IMG/VR virus record: IMGVR_UViG_3300025327_000011
Strand: one strand, 5' to 3'
Source: a virus
Length of the DNA stretch: 32,329 nucleotides
This document shows positions 9,173 to 16,213 of this stretch, piece after piece; the first letter of the stretch is position 1; the number at the start of each line of letters is the position of its first letter. A program made the translations under genes and the position numbers. The notes under the pieces are model-generated. The model saw only the letters and a list, made by a program, of their open reading frames with translations, had not been told where the DNA came from and ran no database searches.

Positions 9173-10438
9173 TTATTGAAATATAAATGAGCCGGAATAT
9201 TGATTTTGTTTCATACAATAATAACCAATTGCTAATGACATAATTATATCATCGTGCCCGTAATTGGCTTGGTATGTTACATTTCCTTTTTTTGATATTG
9301 AATAACCAAATGCTTCCATTTCTGAAATAATATTTGGGTCATTTAACAATTGAATTTTTCCTCCATTGAAATCATAAATCAAATCATTTATTATTAATGG
9401 TTTAGAAGTAGAAGTTGTAGCGAATCCTTCAACTTGATATGCTCCACGTGAAATTAATTGCTCTATTATTGGTAAACCAAATGAGTTCGATTCTATATAG
9501 CACTTACAAACCCGAAATAGGTTAAGTGACGAGACTATTCTACGTAATATCTCATCATTACTTGTTTGATTAAATCTATCTATATATACAAGCTCTGCTC
9601 TTTGATTAAATATAGATATAACAGTAAAGTCATTCTTAAATCCTACATCGATTCCCGCGAAGTAAGTTTCTGAATCACGTGGTCCGGATAACTTATTTAA
9701 CTTCGTAAAATCCTTTATGTTTTTAAATAAACTACCACCATCGACAAACTCTGCCATATATTCTTGTTCGAAAATATCGATAGGCAGGATTTTTCTTTGT
9801 TGCTCAATAAACTCGATATTTGCATACGGATTATCAATATATGTAGTTTTAAAACTTTTAAAAGATTTATTCTCAGGGTCTTTTCCTTGTAAAAAAAGTT
9901 TATAGAAAAAATTCTTTCCACGAGGAGTTGAACCAAAGATTACTTTTTTTCCGCGAACTAATAGTGTGGGTGCCAATATAGTTGTCCAAGTCTCCTCATA
10001 AACAAATGCACACTCATCCATTAATAAATGTGTATTACTGTAGCCTCGAAGAGAATTTGTGCTTGCCGCTGACCTAAAAAGTATAACCGAACCATTAGTA
10101 AATGCTATTTCACTATCGCCAGCCTGTATTTTATAGGATTTAACATATGGTAAATGTATAATTGAATTTAAAATCTGCTTATATATCTTTTTTGATTGAG
10201 AATCTACCGGAGAAACAACCATTATATGTTGGTCGTTTAGATTTAAGGCATAATATACTGCCATATTTTGCATCAGAAATGTCTTTCCTGATTGTCTACT
10301 TGCATTATAGACTATATATTTGGTAGTCAGGTCTATACAAGTTTTTACTATCTCTTTTTGAGCCTCATAAGGCGTGAAAAGTTTTAATGTTGTTTTTTGA
10401 TTTGGTTCCATAAATGTATGTGGCTCGTGTGTGAGCAT
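9173..10438 (-). CDS. terL: Terminase large subunit, 421 aa.
   Basis: Walker A-like SRQSGKT, Walker B-like HLLMDECAF, and C-terminal RNase H-like nuclease acidic motifs GIDVGFKNDFTV and GHDDIIMSLA. It lies downstream of terS. Confidence 0.85.
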   Translation of the reverse strand: MLTHEPHTFMEPNQKTTLKLFTPYEAQKEIVKTCIDLTTKYIVYNASRQSGKTFLMQNMAVYYALNLNDQHIMVVSPVDSQSKKIYKQILNSIIHLPYVKSYKIQAGDSEIAFTNGSVILFRSAASTNSLRGYSNTHLLMDECAFVYEETWTTILAPTLLVRGKKVIFGSTPRGKNFFYKLFLQGKDPENKSFKSFKTTYIDNPYANIEFIEQQRKILPIDIFEQEYMAEFVDGGSLFKNIKDFTKLNKLSGPRDSETYFAGIDVGFKNDFTVISIFNQRAELVYIDRFNQTSNDEILRRIVSSLNLFRVCKCYIESNSFGLPIIEQLISRGAYQVEGFATTSTSKPLIINDLIYDFNGGKIQLLNDPNIISEMEAFGYSISKKGNVTYQANYGHDDIIMSLAIGYYCMKQNQYSGSFIFQ

Positions 10439-10495
10439 ATATTATTAAATAGATTAAAAAAAAATAATATATGTTGCTGATTAATAGGATTTTAC
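10439..10495 (-). promoter_or_regulatory. Promoter candidate for terL. The minus strand reads GTAAAATCCT, 19 nt, TATTTTTT, then ..TCTATTTAATAATAT-ATG.
   Basis: Same architecture and spacing as 16464..16519, including the shared leader TCTATTTAATA. Confidence 0.5.
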
Positions 10496-10631
10496 ATATT
10501 AATGTTAATATATGACTCAATTTTTAGGTTCTCTTCAGAGCTTGACTGGGCGAGGCTCCAAAAAAAGATTTACGTAAACCCAGCTTCACTCAGTAAAATC
10601 CTGATGAGCTTATATAAATTCAAAACCAGAA

Positions 10632-10667
10632 CGTAAAATCCTGTTGATGGCTCCAATATCCAGAATA
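10632..10667 (+). repeat. 36-nt direct repeat A1: cgtaaaatcctgttgatggctccaatatccagaata.
   Basis: Matches 11081..11116 at 35 of 36 positions. Confidence 0.9.
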
Positions 10668-10768
10668 TACCAAGGGCTCTTCAGTAAAATCCTACAGCTC
10701 TTCAGCACAATCCTATAGTTTTACTTGCCTAATCCAATAATGTTAATAACTTTTTATAACTTTTAAAA

Positions 10769-10798
10769 CTCATCATACCTCATCATACCTCATCATAC
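10769..10798 (+). repeat. Perfect tandem repeat, 3 x ctcatcatac.
   Basis: Read directly from the sequence. A single related copy, cctcatcata, lies at 10991..11000 upstream of repeat B2. Confidence 0.9.
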
Positions 10799-10815
10799 AC
10801 TTTAAGTTAAGGTTC

Positions 10816-10849
10816 ACTTAATGAGTAACTACTCTAAGTAGGATTTTAC
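10816..10849 (+). repeat. Repeat B1: acttaatgagtaactactctaagtaggattttac.
   Basis: Aligns with 11020..11054 (acttaatgagttactacatctaaataggattttac), with one indel and three mismatches. Confidence 0.8.
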
Positions 10850-10859
10850 GTAAAATCCT
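10840..10859. promoter_or_regulatory. Perfect 20-bp palindrome AGGATTTTAC|GTAAAATCCT. Candidate operator or dimer-binding site.
   Basis: Read directly. It consists of two abutting half-sites of the over-represented decamer. Confidence 0.6.
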
Positions 10860-11019
10860 TTTACTATTTATAACCCACACATACTGGAATATCGATTGTT
10901 GATAACTTTATTTATACTTGCGTATAACCAGTGCATTTACGAATGTTTGTAAATAATTTGTGGCACGATTATTGGCTGGCATAGTTATTGCCTCATCATA
11001 AACTTAGAGTTAAATACTT

Positions 11020-11054
11020 ACTTAATGAGTTACTACATCTAAATAGGATTTTAC
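11020..11054 (+). repeat. Repeat B2, partner of 10816..10849.
   Basis: See B1. Its terminal AGGATTTTAC (11045..11054) forms a 10-bp inverted repeat with GTAAAATCCT at 11082..11091, with a 27-nt spacer. Confidence 0.8.
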
Positions 11055-11080
11055 TTCGGCCTTTGGCACCAGTCTCTAAT

Positions 11081-11116
11081 CGTAAAATCCTGTTGATGGC
11101 TCCAACATCCAGAATA
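11081..11116 (+). repeat. 36-nt direct repeat A2: cgtaaaatcctgttgatggctccaacatccagaata.
   Basis: Matches 10632..10667 at 35 of 36 positions. Confidence 0.9.
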
Positions 11117-11128
11117 CTATAATATTTC

Positions 11129-11284
11129 TCACTCAGTTTTGGATTTTTCAATAAAGTTATTTGTTTGTGTTTGAATGTTTTGAATTAGTTCGAAACTTAT
11201 TTTTGCTGGCAATTCAGCAATTCCAGCTAAAATGATGTTAACTTGTTCAAGTGTTAGGTCTAATTTAATTTCTTTACTTTTCAT
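11129..11284 (-). CDS. Small hypothetical protein, 51 aa (below the track threshold).
   Basis: Hand translation gives MKSKEIKLDLTLEQVNIILAGIAELPAKISFELIQNIQTQTNNFIEKSKTE, then TGA. The ATG lies 39 nt downstream of the terS stop, on the same strand. Confidence 0.4.
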   Translation of the reverse strand: MKSKEIKLDLTLEQVNIILAGIAELPAKISFELIQNIQTQTNNFIEKSKTE

Positions 11285-11322
11285 AGTTTTTTAAATTTAT
11301 TAATTTATTGTTTTAATTCATA

Positions 11323-11769
11323 TTATTCTTCCGAATCGGATATTTCATCTTTAAAATAATTTTCAATTTCTTTATCAGTTAAAAGTTTTGGAACATCAAG
11401 GTCTGGAAACTTTAATTCTAAATTTAGAGATTGAACCTGGATTTTACTTGCTTCGTTGAAGCCCAGCATTCTATTTATTATCTCTAAGGCTTTTAAACTG
11501 GCCATGGAGTTTTGGTTCTTCTGAGCGTTTTTGATATCTAAAAGGTCTTGAAGTATAGATTCTCGGGTAATCTGGGATTTTAGAGCCAGCTGAGCCTTTT
11601 GGCGAGTTATTTCTTGTTGAATGCTATCTTTTGCAAGTAAATCAGAAGATAAAGATCTTGCACTATCATAACTAACTCCTTCATATGCAGACATATAAGA
11701 ATGAACAGCAACTCCTGTTTTAATATACTCATCAATGAATGCTTGTTGTTTTATGTTAATTACTTCCAT
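11323..11769 (-). CDS. terS: Terminase small subunit, 148 aa.
   Basis: N-terminal QQAFIDEYIKTGVAVHSYMSAYEGVSYDSARSLSSDLLAKDSIQQEI resembles the Terminase_2-type HTH (F..EY......A...AGYS...A......LL..P.v...I). It lies upstream of terL. Confidence 0.75.
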   Translation of the reverse strand: MEVINIKQQAFIDEYIKTGVAVHSYMSAYEGVSYDSARSLSSDLLAKDSIQQEITRQKAQLALKSQITRESILQDLLDIKNAQKNQNSMASLKALEIINRMLGFNEASKIQVQSLNLELKFPDLDVPKLLTDKEIENYFKDEISDSEE

Positions 11770-11785
11770 TTTATGTTAATGTTGT

Positions 11786-11817
11786 GTAAAATCCTGTTAT
11801 TTGTATTGTAAAATCCT
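11786..11817. promoter_or_regulatory. Two GTAAAATCCTGTT copies 22 bp apart, immediately upstream of the terS start.
   Basis: The copies are at 11786..11795 and 11808..11817. On the coding (minus) strand they read AACAGGATTTTAC. Confidence 0.5.
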
Positions 11818-11833
11818 GTTTATTGTGCTTATT

Positions 11834-12211
11834 CTACTTATTCTTATTTTTTTTAGCATTAAGTTTATCTAAAGCAGTATTAAAGTTCTTTTTAACCGGT
11901 GGTGGAAAAGTATGTGTGATTGTACCATCATTATCCACCTCCGACACAGGAAAATCCTGAACCTCCAATGGAGTAGGATTGGTTAAACGTTTTTCTATAC
12001 TTTCTTTATGAAAAAGATAAAATGTATTTAATTCTTTCTTTACGTCCCTTAAGTTAGAGGTACATGTAACACAAGTTGGGCAGCGAGGGTTTATATATTT
12101 TCTAACCAAATTAACTACTTCGATTGCCTCAACATTTGTATAATCATATTTTCGATGATGCAATTTCATTTTGTCAAATTCTTCTTGTGTTACTTCTTCC
12201 GGATTGCTCAT
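11834..12211 (-). CDS. Hypothetical protein with a Cys cluster (CPTCVTC), 125 aa.
   Basis: Track ORF tightly packed with its neighbours (3-nt gap). No family recognised. Confidence 0.5.
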   Translation of the reverse strand: MSNPEEVTQEEFDKMKLHHRKYDYTNVEAIEVVNLVRKYINPRCPTCVTCTSNLRDVKKELNTFYLFHKESIEKRLTNPTPLEVQDFPVSEVDNDGTITHTFPPPVKKNFNTALDKLNAKKNKNK

Positions 12212-12214
12212 AAT

Positions 12215-12514
12215 TTATAAATAAGTTTTAAATGAATTAATAATTTTATCAAAAGACATGGCAATTATTGCACCGGTTATTGCATCAAATATCATTATAT
12301 CATCGAATTTAAATGCCCCCCAGAATAATAAAAGCCAGAATGTAACACATTTTATACAAGAAATGCCATTAGCTATATAATCTGAGAAAATAAAAGGTTT
12401 AATGTATTTAGTTAAAAAACTTTGTAATGGCTCAAATGAAGTAATAAACCAAGCAATTAAAAATCCTTTTAGAATAAAAGTAAAATCCAGGAAAAACGGA
12501 ATAGTTTGTGTCAT
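12215..12514 (-). CDS. Small integral membrane protein, 99 aa, DUF1360-like.
   Basis: Three hydrophobic segments and a CIKCVTFW motif reminiscent of the C..C..(F/W)W signature of DUF1360 proteins. The family assignment is from memory. Confidence 0.5.
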   Translation of the reverse strand: MTQTIPFFLDFTFILKGFLIAWFITSFEPLQSFLTKYIKPFIFSDYIANGISCIKCVTFWLLLFWGAFKFDDIMIFDAITGAIIAMSFDKIINSFKTYL

Positions 12515-12538
12515 TGTATTTAAATAAATATAAATTAA

Positions 12539-13138
12539 TTAAGTTTGTTTTTGTATTTCTTTTTGTATTATTTCTCTGGCATTTTTTACATAAGAATGTA
12601 CGGCCATTAAACTTATTCCTGTTTTTTTAGCAATTTTTCTATATGTTAAGTTTTCGTTATAATACATTCTAAATAACTTAAAGTCTCGTATAAGAATAGG
12701 AATTTCTTTTGTTTTTTGTTCAACAATTGAGTCAATTAGGTTTATTTTATTTTGAATTTTATCCTGCAATTCAATTTCAAATTCAGTTTCCTCAGTTATT
12801 TCCTCTATTTGGAAGTTTTCAATATCTTCGTATAAACCAAAACCATCTTTTTTTCTCATTTGATAATGCCAACGACTTGTTGAGCTGCATACATTATTTT
12901 TAATCATTTTTATGTAAATCCATTTAAAGAAACCATTATTCCAATAAGTTAATACTTTTGGCATTTCACATATAGATAAGTGAAGCATTTGTCTAAATTC
13001 ATTTCTTTCATCTTTTTTAGGAAGAAACTTATGAAGTATTTCCTCATAAAAAGAATCATTTGATATTAAATAAAACATTTTAGTTAAAGTATCTGCAGTT
13101 AAAGTATTAATAGTGCTTGCTGTTATAGTTATTTTCAT
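12539..13138 (-). CDS. Putative transcription factor with a sigma-70 region-4-like C-terminal HTH, 199 aa.
   Basis: The C-terminus LTYRKIAKKTGISLMAVHSYVKNAREIIQKEI resembles a sigma region 4.2 / LuxR-type HTH. The N-terminal part is not clearly region 2. Confidence 0.45.
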   Translation of the reverse strand: MKITITASTINTLTADTLTKMFYLISNDSFYEEILHKFLPKKDERNEFRQMLHLSICEMPKVLTYWNNGFFKWIYIKMIKNNVCSSTSRWHYQMRKKDGFGLYEDIENFQIEEITEETEFEIELQDKIQNKINLIDSIVEQKTKEIPILIRDFKLFRMYYNENLTYRKIAKKTGISLMAVHSYVKNAREIIQKEIQKQT

Positions 13139-13479
13139 TTATTTAAATACATTGTGTTAAGTCCTGTTTTTATATCTAAAATATCTTTTTCCATAACCGG
13201 TAAAAACCAATTTGTTTTATAGCACATTTTTATAAATTCAGCTTCATTTTGATTAATTACTTTAAATATTTTTGCACTTAACTCATAACATTCGTCTAGT
13301 TCGCTATTCTGGAGATGAATAAAATGATTTTTCAGTTGGGTAATATAGTCTTCAACGAGAAATTCTTTGGATTTTTCAAGGAAAAGCAATTCCGCTATCC
13401 ATCCAGCATTATCATCATTATTTTCTTCGAGATATGCATCATATGCTTTATGAAGAGTTCTTATTTGTTTATTTGTCAT
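13135..13479 (-). CDS. Hypothetical protein, 114 aa.
   Basis: Track ORF with a 4-nt ATGA overlap with the downstream gene, suggesting translational coupling. Confidence 0.5.
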   Translation of the reverse strand: MTNKQIRTLHKAYDAYLEENNDDNAGWIAELLFLEKSKEFLVEDYITQLKNHFIHLQNSELDECYELSAKIFKVINQNEAEFIKMCYKTNWFLPVMEKDILDIKTGLNTMYLNK

Positions 13480-13481
13480 AA

Positions 13482-13982
13482 TTACTTTTCTGATATTTTA
13501 AATGAACCGTGACTTCCTATTTCGTAATCCGAATACTTTATTATTTCAATTGGATTTTTAAGTTTTGCTACATATTTATCGATTAAAGTTTTATCGACTG
13601 AAGACTCGGGTAAAAGTTTCCATTCAAATACATATTTTTTTATATCTTTTAATTCATAAATAGCCACACCATCTTTAGTAAAATTAATATAAAGCAACCT
13701 TATTTTAATATCTTTAGCACGCATAATTGATTCCGCTTTGCGTTTTATAGCTGCGAACTTTATGAATTCACAATAAGGTCCATATTTAACGGAAGTGTGT
13801 AAATCACAATCCATCCTGACTTTTATTTCTGCCATGCAATACGTATTTCCACTCCTGAGCTTTACGTCATTACAACTTCCTTTCTGTTCGTACACAGATT
13901 TGGTTATTTCTGGCTTTATAAATTTTAATTTATCAAATAAACTTTGTCCAATTAATTCTGATTCATCAAAAAAATCTATCAT
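13482..13982 (-). CDS. Hypothetical protein, possible PD-(D/E)xK-fold nuclease, 166 aa.
   Basis: D..(12)..E-I-K arrangement (NDVKLRSGNTYCMAEIKVR) in a beta-strand context. Weak call made by eye. Confidence 0.3.
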   Translation of the reverse strand: MIDFFDESELIGQSLFDKLKFIKPEITKSVYEQKGSCNDVKLRSGNTYCMAEIKVRMDCDLHTSVKYGPYCEFIKFAAIKRKAESIMRAKDIKIRLLYINFTKDGVAIYELKDIKKYVFEWKLLPESSVDKTLIDKYVAKLKNPIEIIKYSDYEIGSHGSFKISEK

Positions 13983-14031
13983 ATTGTTTTTGTTTTTTAT
14001 GTAAATAGTAAATAAAAAAGTAAAAGCTGGT

Positions 14032-14706
14032 TTATTTAAATTGTTTAGCTAATTTTGAGTTCTTTTTTAATAATTCAAGCATAGTTTTAAGTCGCCATTT
14101 ACAAAGAGAATCTGATATTCCTATTTTTTTACTTATTTCATTTGTTGATTTTAATTTTTCAAAACCAAACAATCCAAATCTATAGTATAAAATTATTTTC
14201 CAGTCTTCTTTTTTTATAAGTTTATTTATAGCTCGGTATAACACATCAAAATCCCTTGAAGTATCTTCTTCTTCAGCTTGTGTAATGTCATCTATTATTT
14301 CTTGTCCGGAAGTACAAATAGGAAGTTCTTCTTCTTCAGTTTCTGATTCTGGATTAGGTGCACAGTACTCTTTATTCTTTTTAAAATAATCTGATAATAT
14401 GTTTTGCGGAATTCTTATAGTTCTTTTGTTTTGCATTAACCAAGTTAACATCTCTCCTCTTACGTGTATTTTTGCGTATGTGATGAAATATACTCCTTTT
14501 TCTGGACAAAAATCTTGCATTGCATTGTAAAGTCCAATATTTCCCATTTGAATTAAGTCATCAAGGTATTCTGGATTATGAAGTGCATTAGCTATTTTAT
14601 ATATGAACCACTTATTTTTAGACAATAGTTTTTCGAAATCCTTTTTTATTACAAGGCTCACATTTTCTTCGTTTAATTCTTTAAGTTGTTCTTTAGTGTA
14701 TTTCAT
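14032..14706 (-). CDS. Sigma-70 family RNA polymerase sigma factor, 224 aa from the internal ATG at 14706.
   Basis: Region 2 motif LIQMGNIGLYNAMQDFCPEKGVYFITYAKIHVRGEMLTWLMQNKRTIRIPQNI (compare DLIQEGNIGL..A...F....G..FSTYA...IR..I........RTIRIP). Region 4 HTH ISKKIGISDSLCKWRLKTMLELLKK. The track start at 14772 would place a conserved upstream element inside the coding sequence. Confidence 0.8.
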   Translation of the reverse strand: MKYTKEQLKELNEENVSLVIKKDFEKLLSKNKWFIYKIANALHNPEYLDDLIQMGNIGLYNAMQDFCPEKGVYFITYAKIHVRGEMLTWLMQNKRTIRIPQNILSDYFKKNKEYCAPNPESETEEEELPICTSGQEIIDDITQAEEEDTSRDFDVLYRAINKLIKKEDWKIILYYRFGLFGFEKLKSTNEISKKIGISDSLCKWRLKTMLELLKKNSKLAKQFK

Positions 14707-14710
14707 TTTA

Positions 14711-14740
14711 CTTAAATAGTACAGGAAAAAGTAAAATCCA
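14711..14740 (-). promoter_or_regulatory. Conserved upstream element, copy 1. The minus strand reads TGGATTTTACTTTTTCCTGTACTATTTAAG.
   Basis: A 24-nt core, TTTTACTTTTTCCTGTACTATTTA, is identical to 16749..16772 (plus strand). It ends 4 nt before the sigma-factor ATG. Confidence 0.55.
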
Positions 14741-14821
14741 ATTCTATTAACAAAGTCGTTGGTTATTAACAAAATCGGAAATACTGTATTTAAATAGAAT
14801 TATAGGACAGTTAATAAAAAA

Positions 14822-15020
14822 GGGAAAAAGATTTTCTTCATTGAAGTTAAAAAAAAACTTATTTTTTATTGAAGTAAAAAGGAAAATATAAGTTTAGTTG
14901 GTTTTATGCGTTTTAAGAGATTATCTAACAAATGATATAGGATTATTCCATTGAAGGTTAGATTTGTTTTTATAGTTCTTGTGTGTCTGGTGGAAAATCC
15001 TTTTTTCTTATTGAAGTTAA
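14822..15020. repeat. Four dispersed iteron-like repeats, ATTGAAG(G/T)TAA.
   Basis: Copies at 14840..14850, 14868..14878, 14950..14960 and 15010..15020. Two share a longer context, GGAAAA..TTTTCTT.ATTGAAGTTAA (14822.. and 14991..). They lie in a 460-bp non-coding stretch between the sigma gene and the Rep gene. Confidence 0.6.
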
Positions 15021-15048
15021 GGAAGAAATTTGTTTTGTTTTAAAATAG

Positions 15049-15097
15049 GAACGGCACTAATAATTTTGAATTAATGCCGTTCTTTTGTTTTTTTTGC
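15049..15097 (+). terminator. Intrinsic terminator-like hairpin (GAACGGCA / TGCCGTTC) followed by TTTTGTTTTTTTT.
   Basis: 8-bp GC-rich stem (15049..15056 with 15075..15082), 18-nt loop, and a T-run on the plus strand. A second hairpin, CGGCTTTT/AAAAGCCG, lies at 15115..15136 just downstream of the minus-strand Rep gene stop. Confidence 0.55.
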
Positions 15098-15166
15098 TAC
15101 AATTTTAATGGAACCGGCTTTTCGGAGAAAAAGCCGAGTTCTTATTCAAATATTAGATTTACTTTT

Positions 15167-16213
15167 TTATTGAATTAAGATTACTTCTCCTTCTGTTGAA
15201 TTAAGATTAAAGTATACTTTTATATCAGCAATAATAGTTTGCCTTTCATTTGTATTTAATCTTGTTTCTTTTGTTTCTATATCAAATATTATTTTATTGA
15301 AAAGAATATTCCTTTCTACAAAAGATAAAGAAGAGATTATTTCAGGTGGATTTTGAGTAGTTACTTCATTCCAGATATATTCTTCTGTTCTTATTACATT
15401 ATTTTCAATTGCAGGCTCTTTTTTAGTTATTGTATATTTATTTTCTTGAACCAATTCTTTTTTTTCAGCTGAATTATAAATATGTTTATTTACTCTTTTT
15501 GTTAAAATAGATTTATCTGTTGAATTAATAGTATTTGATTTATCTATATACGATTTTATTTCATTGAATAAAGGAAGTTTTGTTTCTAAAGCATCAATTG
15601 TTTCTCTTGTATGTTTTTCAATAAATCCTGCGAAAAACTTTTCAGCTCTTTTTTCACTTATCTGTTCCGGAGTTAAAATCTCTTTTTCAATTAATTCAAC
15701 TGGCTCTTCTTTTTTAATTTCAACTTCAAATTCCGGAATTTCAATTTTCTTGTTTAGGTTAATATTATTTATGTTAGTCTTGTTTAAATTAATATTATTT
15801 AAGTTAGTCTTATTTATACCTCGATTTACCATAGATGGTTCAGCCATAGATGGTTCAGCCATAGATGGTTCAGCCATAGATGGTAAATCGCTATATGGAT
15901 TTAGCTCGAAAGACCACTGGATTTGCCCTTTTTCATTTTTAGTTCTAACTCTTTTTGCGTAGTTTTTAGCTATTAATTTGTTATAAATTGCCCTCTGAAT
16001 TAGTTCAGAATTAGTGCTTCTTTTATAGATTTCTGTGATAAAAACCTTCCATTCTTTTGAATTAGAAATTAGAATAGAAAGTAATCCTTTTTCTTCAAGA
16101 CTTAAAGTTTTATTATTTAAGATTGAGTTAGGAACTTTAGTAAAACCCTTTAGGTTTGTTTTAGATTTTTTTGTGGTTTTTGTGGCAATATTGCCAGATG
16201 TTGGTGTTTCCAT
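15167..16213 (-). CDS. Putative replication initiator / DNA-binding protein (winged-helix N-terminus), 348 aa, with internal tandem repeats.
   Basis: The N-terminal FTKVPNSILNNKTLSLEEKGLLSILISN pattern is typical of phage/plasmid Rep or replisome-organiser N-terminal domains (F..vPn.il.d..Ls...kgl). It sits next to iteron-like repeats and is the only replication-type gene seen. Confidence 0.45.
   Translation of the reverse strand: METPTSGNIATKTTKKSKTNLKGFTKVPNSILNNKTLSLEEKGLLSILISNSKEWKVFITEIYKRSTNSELIQRAIYNKLIAKNYAKRVRTKNEKGQIQWSFELNPYSDLPSMAEPSMAEPSMAEPSMVNRGINKTNLNNINLNKTNINNINLNKKIEIPEFEVEIKKEEPVELIEKEILTPEQISEKRAEKFFAGFIEKHTRETIDALETKLPLFNEIKSYIDKSNTINSTDKSILTKRVNKHIYNSAEKKELVQENKYTITKKEPAIENNVIRTEEYIWNEVTTQNPPEIISSLSFVERNILFNKIIFDIETKETRLNTNERQTIIADIKVYFNLNSTEGEVILIQ
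15829..15885 (-). repeat. 15-bp in-frame tandem repeat, ccatagatggttcag x 3.8, encoding (PSMAE)n.
   Basis: Read directly. The protein shows LPSMAEPSMAEPSMAEPSM. An adjacent imperfect repeat of about 27 bp x 2 (15757..15815) encodes NLNNINLNKTNINNINLNK. Confidence 0.9.

Larger units (their letters stand above)
10439..11128. other. 690-bp non-coding, repeat-rich island between terL and the terS-proximal small ORF.
   Basis: No ORF above 25 codons was seen by eye on either strand. The island holds 8 exact copies of GTAAAATCCT or its complement, two 36-nt repeats, two repeats of about 35 nt, and a 3x10-bp tandem repeat. It looks more GC-rich than its surroundings by eye. Confidence 0.8.

Noticed and set aside
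9715-9936. Minus-strand ORF of 73 aa in an alternative frame inside terL.
   Set aside because: It is nested completely within the terL coding region, which carries the conserved motifs in its own frame. There is no independent support.
10593-11116. I considered a CRISPR mini-array or solitary CRISPR-repeat mimic, because of the two 36-nt repeats and the tandem decamer units.
   Set aside because: There are only two full 36-nt copies, 449 bp apart, with irregular spacing. They have no spacer-like units of uniform length and no internal palindrome or GTTG...CAAC-type ends. The repeats are better explained as protein-binding sites. A comparison with host CRISPR repeats would still be needed to exclude mimicry.
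10439-11128. I considered a tRNA or other standard RNA gene in the non-coding island.
   Set aside because: I could not find a cloverleaf with a GTTC(G/A)A T-loop and matching acceptor stem. The only gttcgaa lies in the small ORF at about 11190 and lacks flanking stems.
14707-14772. The 22-codon N-terminal extension of the sigma ORF (track start 14772).
   Set aside because: The extension (MLITNDFVNRIGFYFFLYYLSK) overlaps the 24-nt conserved upstream element that is non-coding at its other copies. The internal ATG at 14706 (MKYTKEQLKEL) is the more plausible start.
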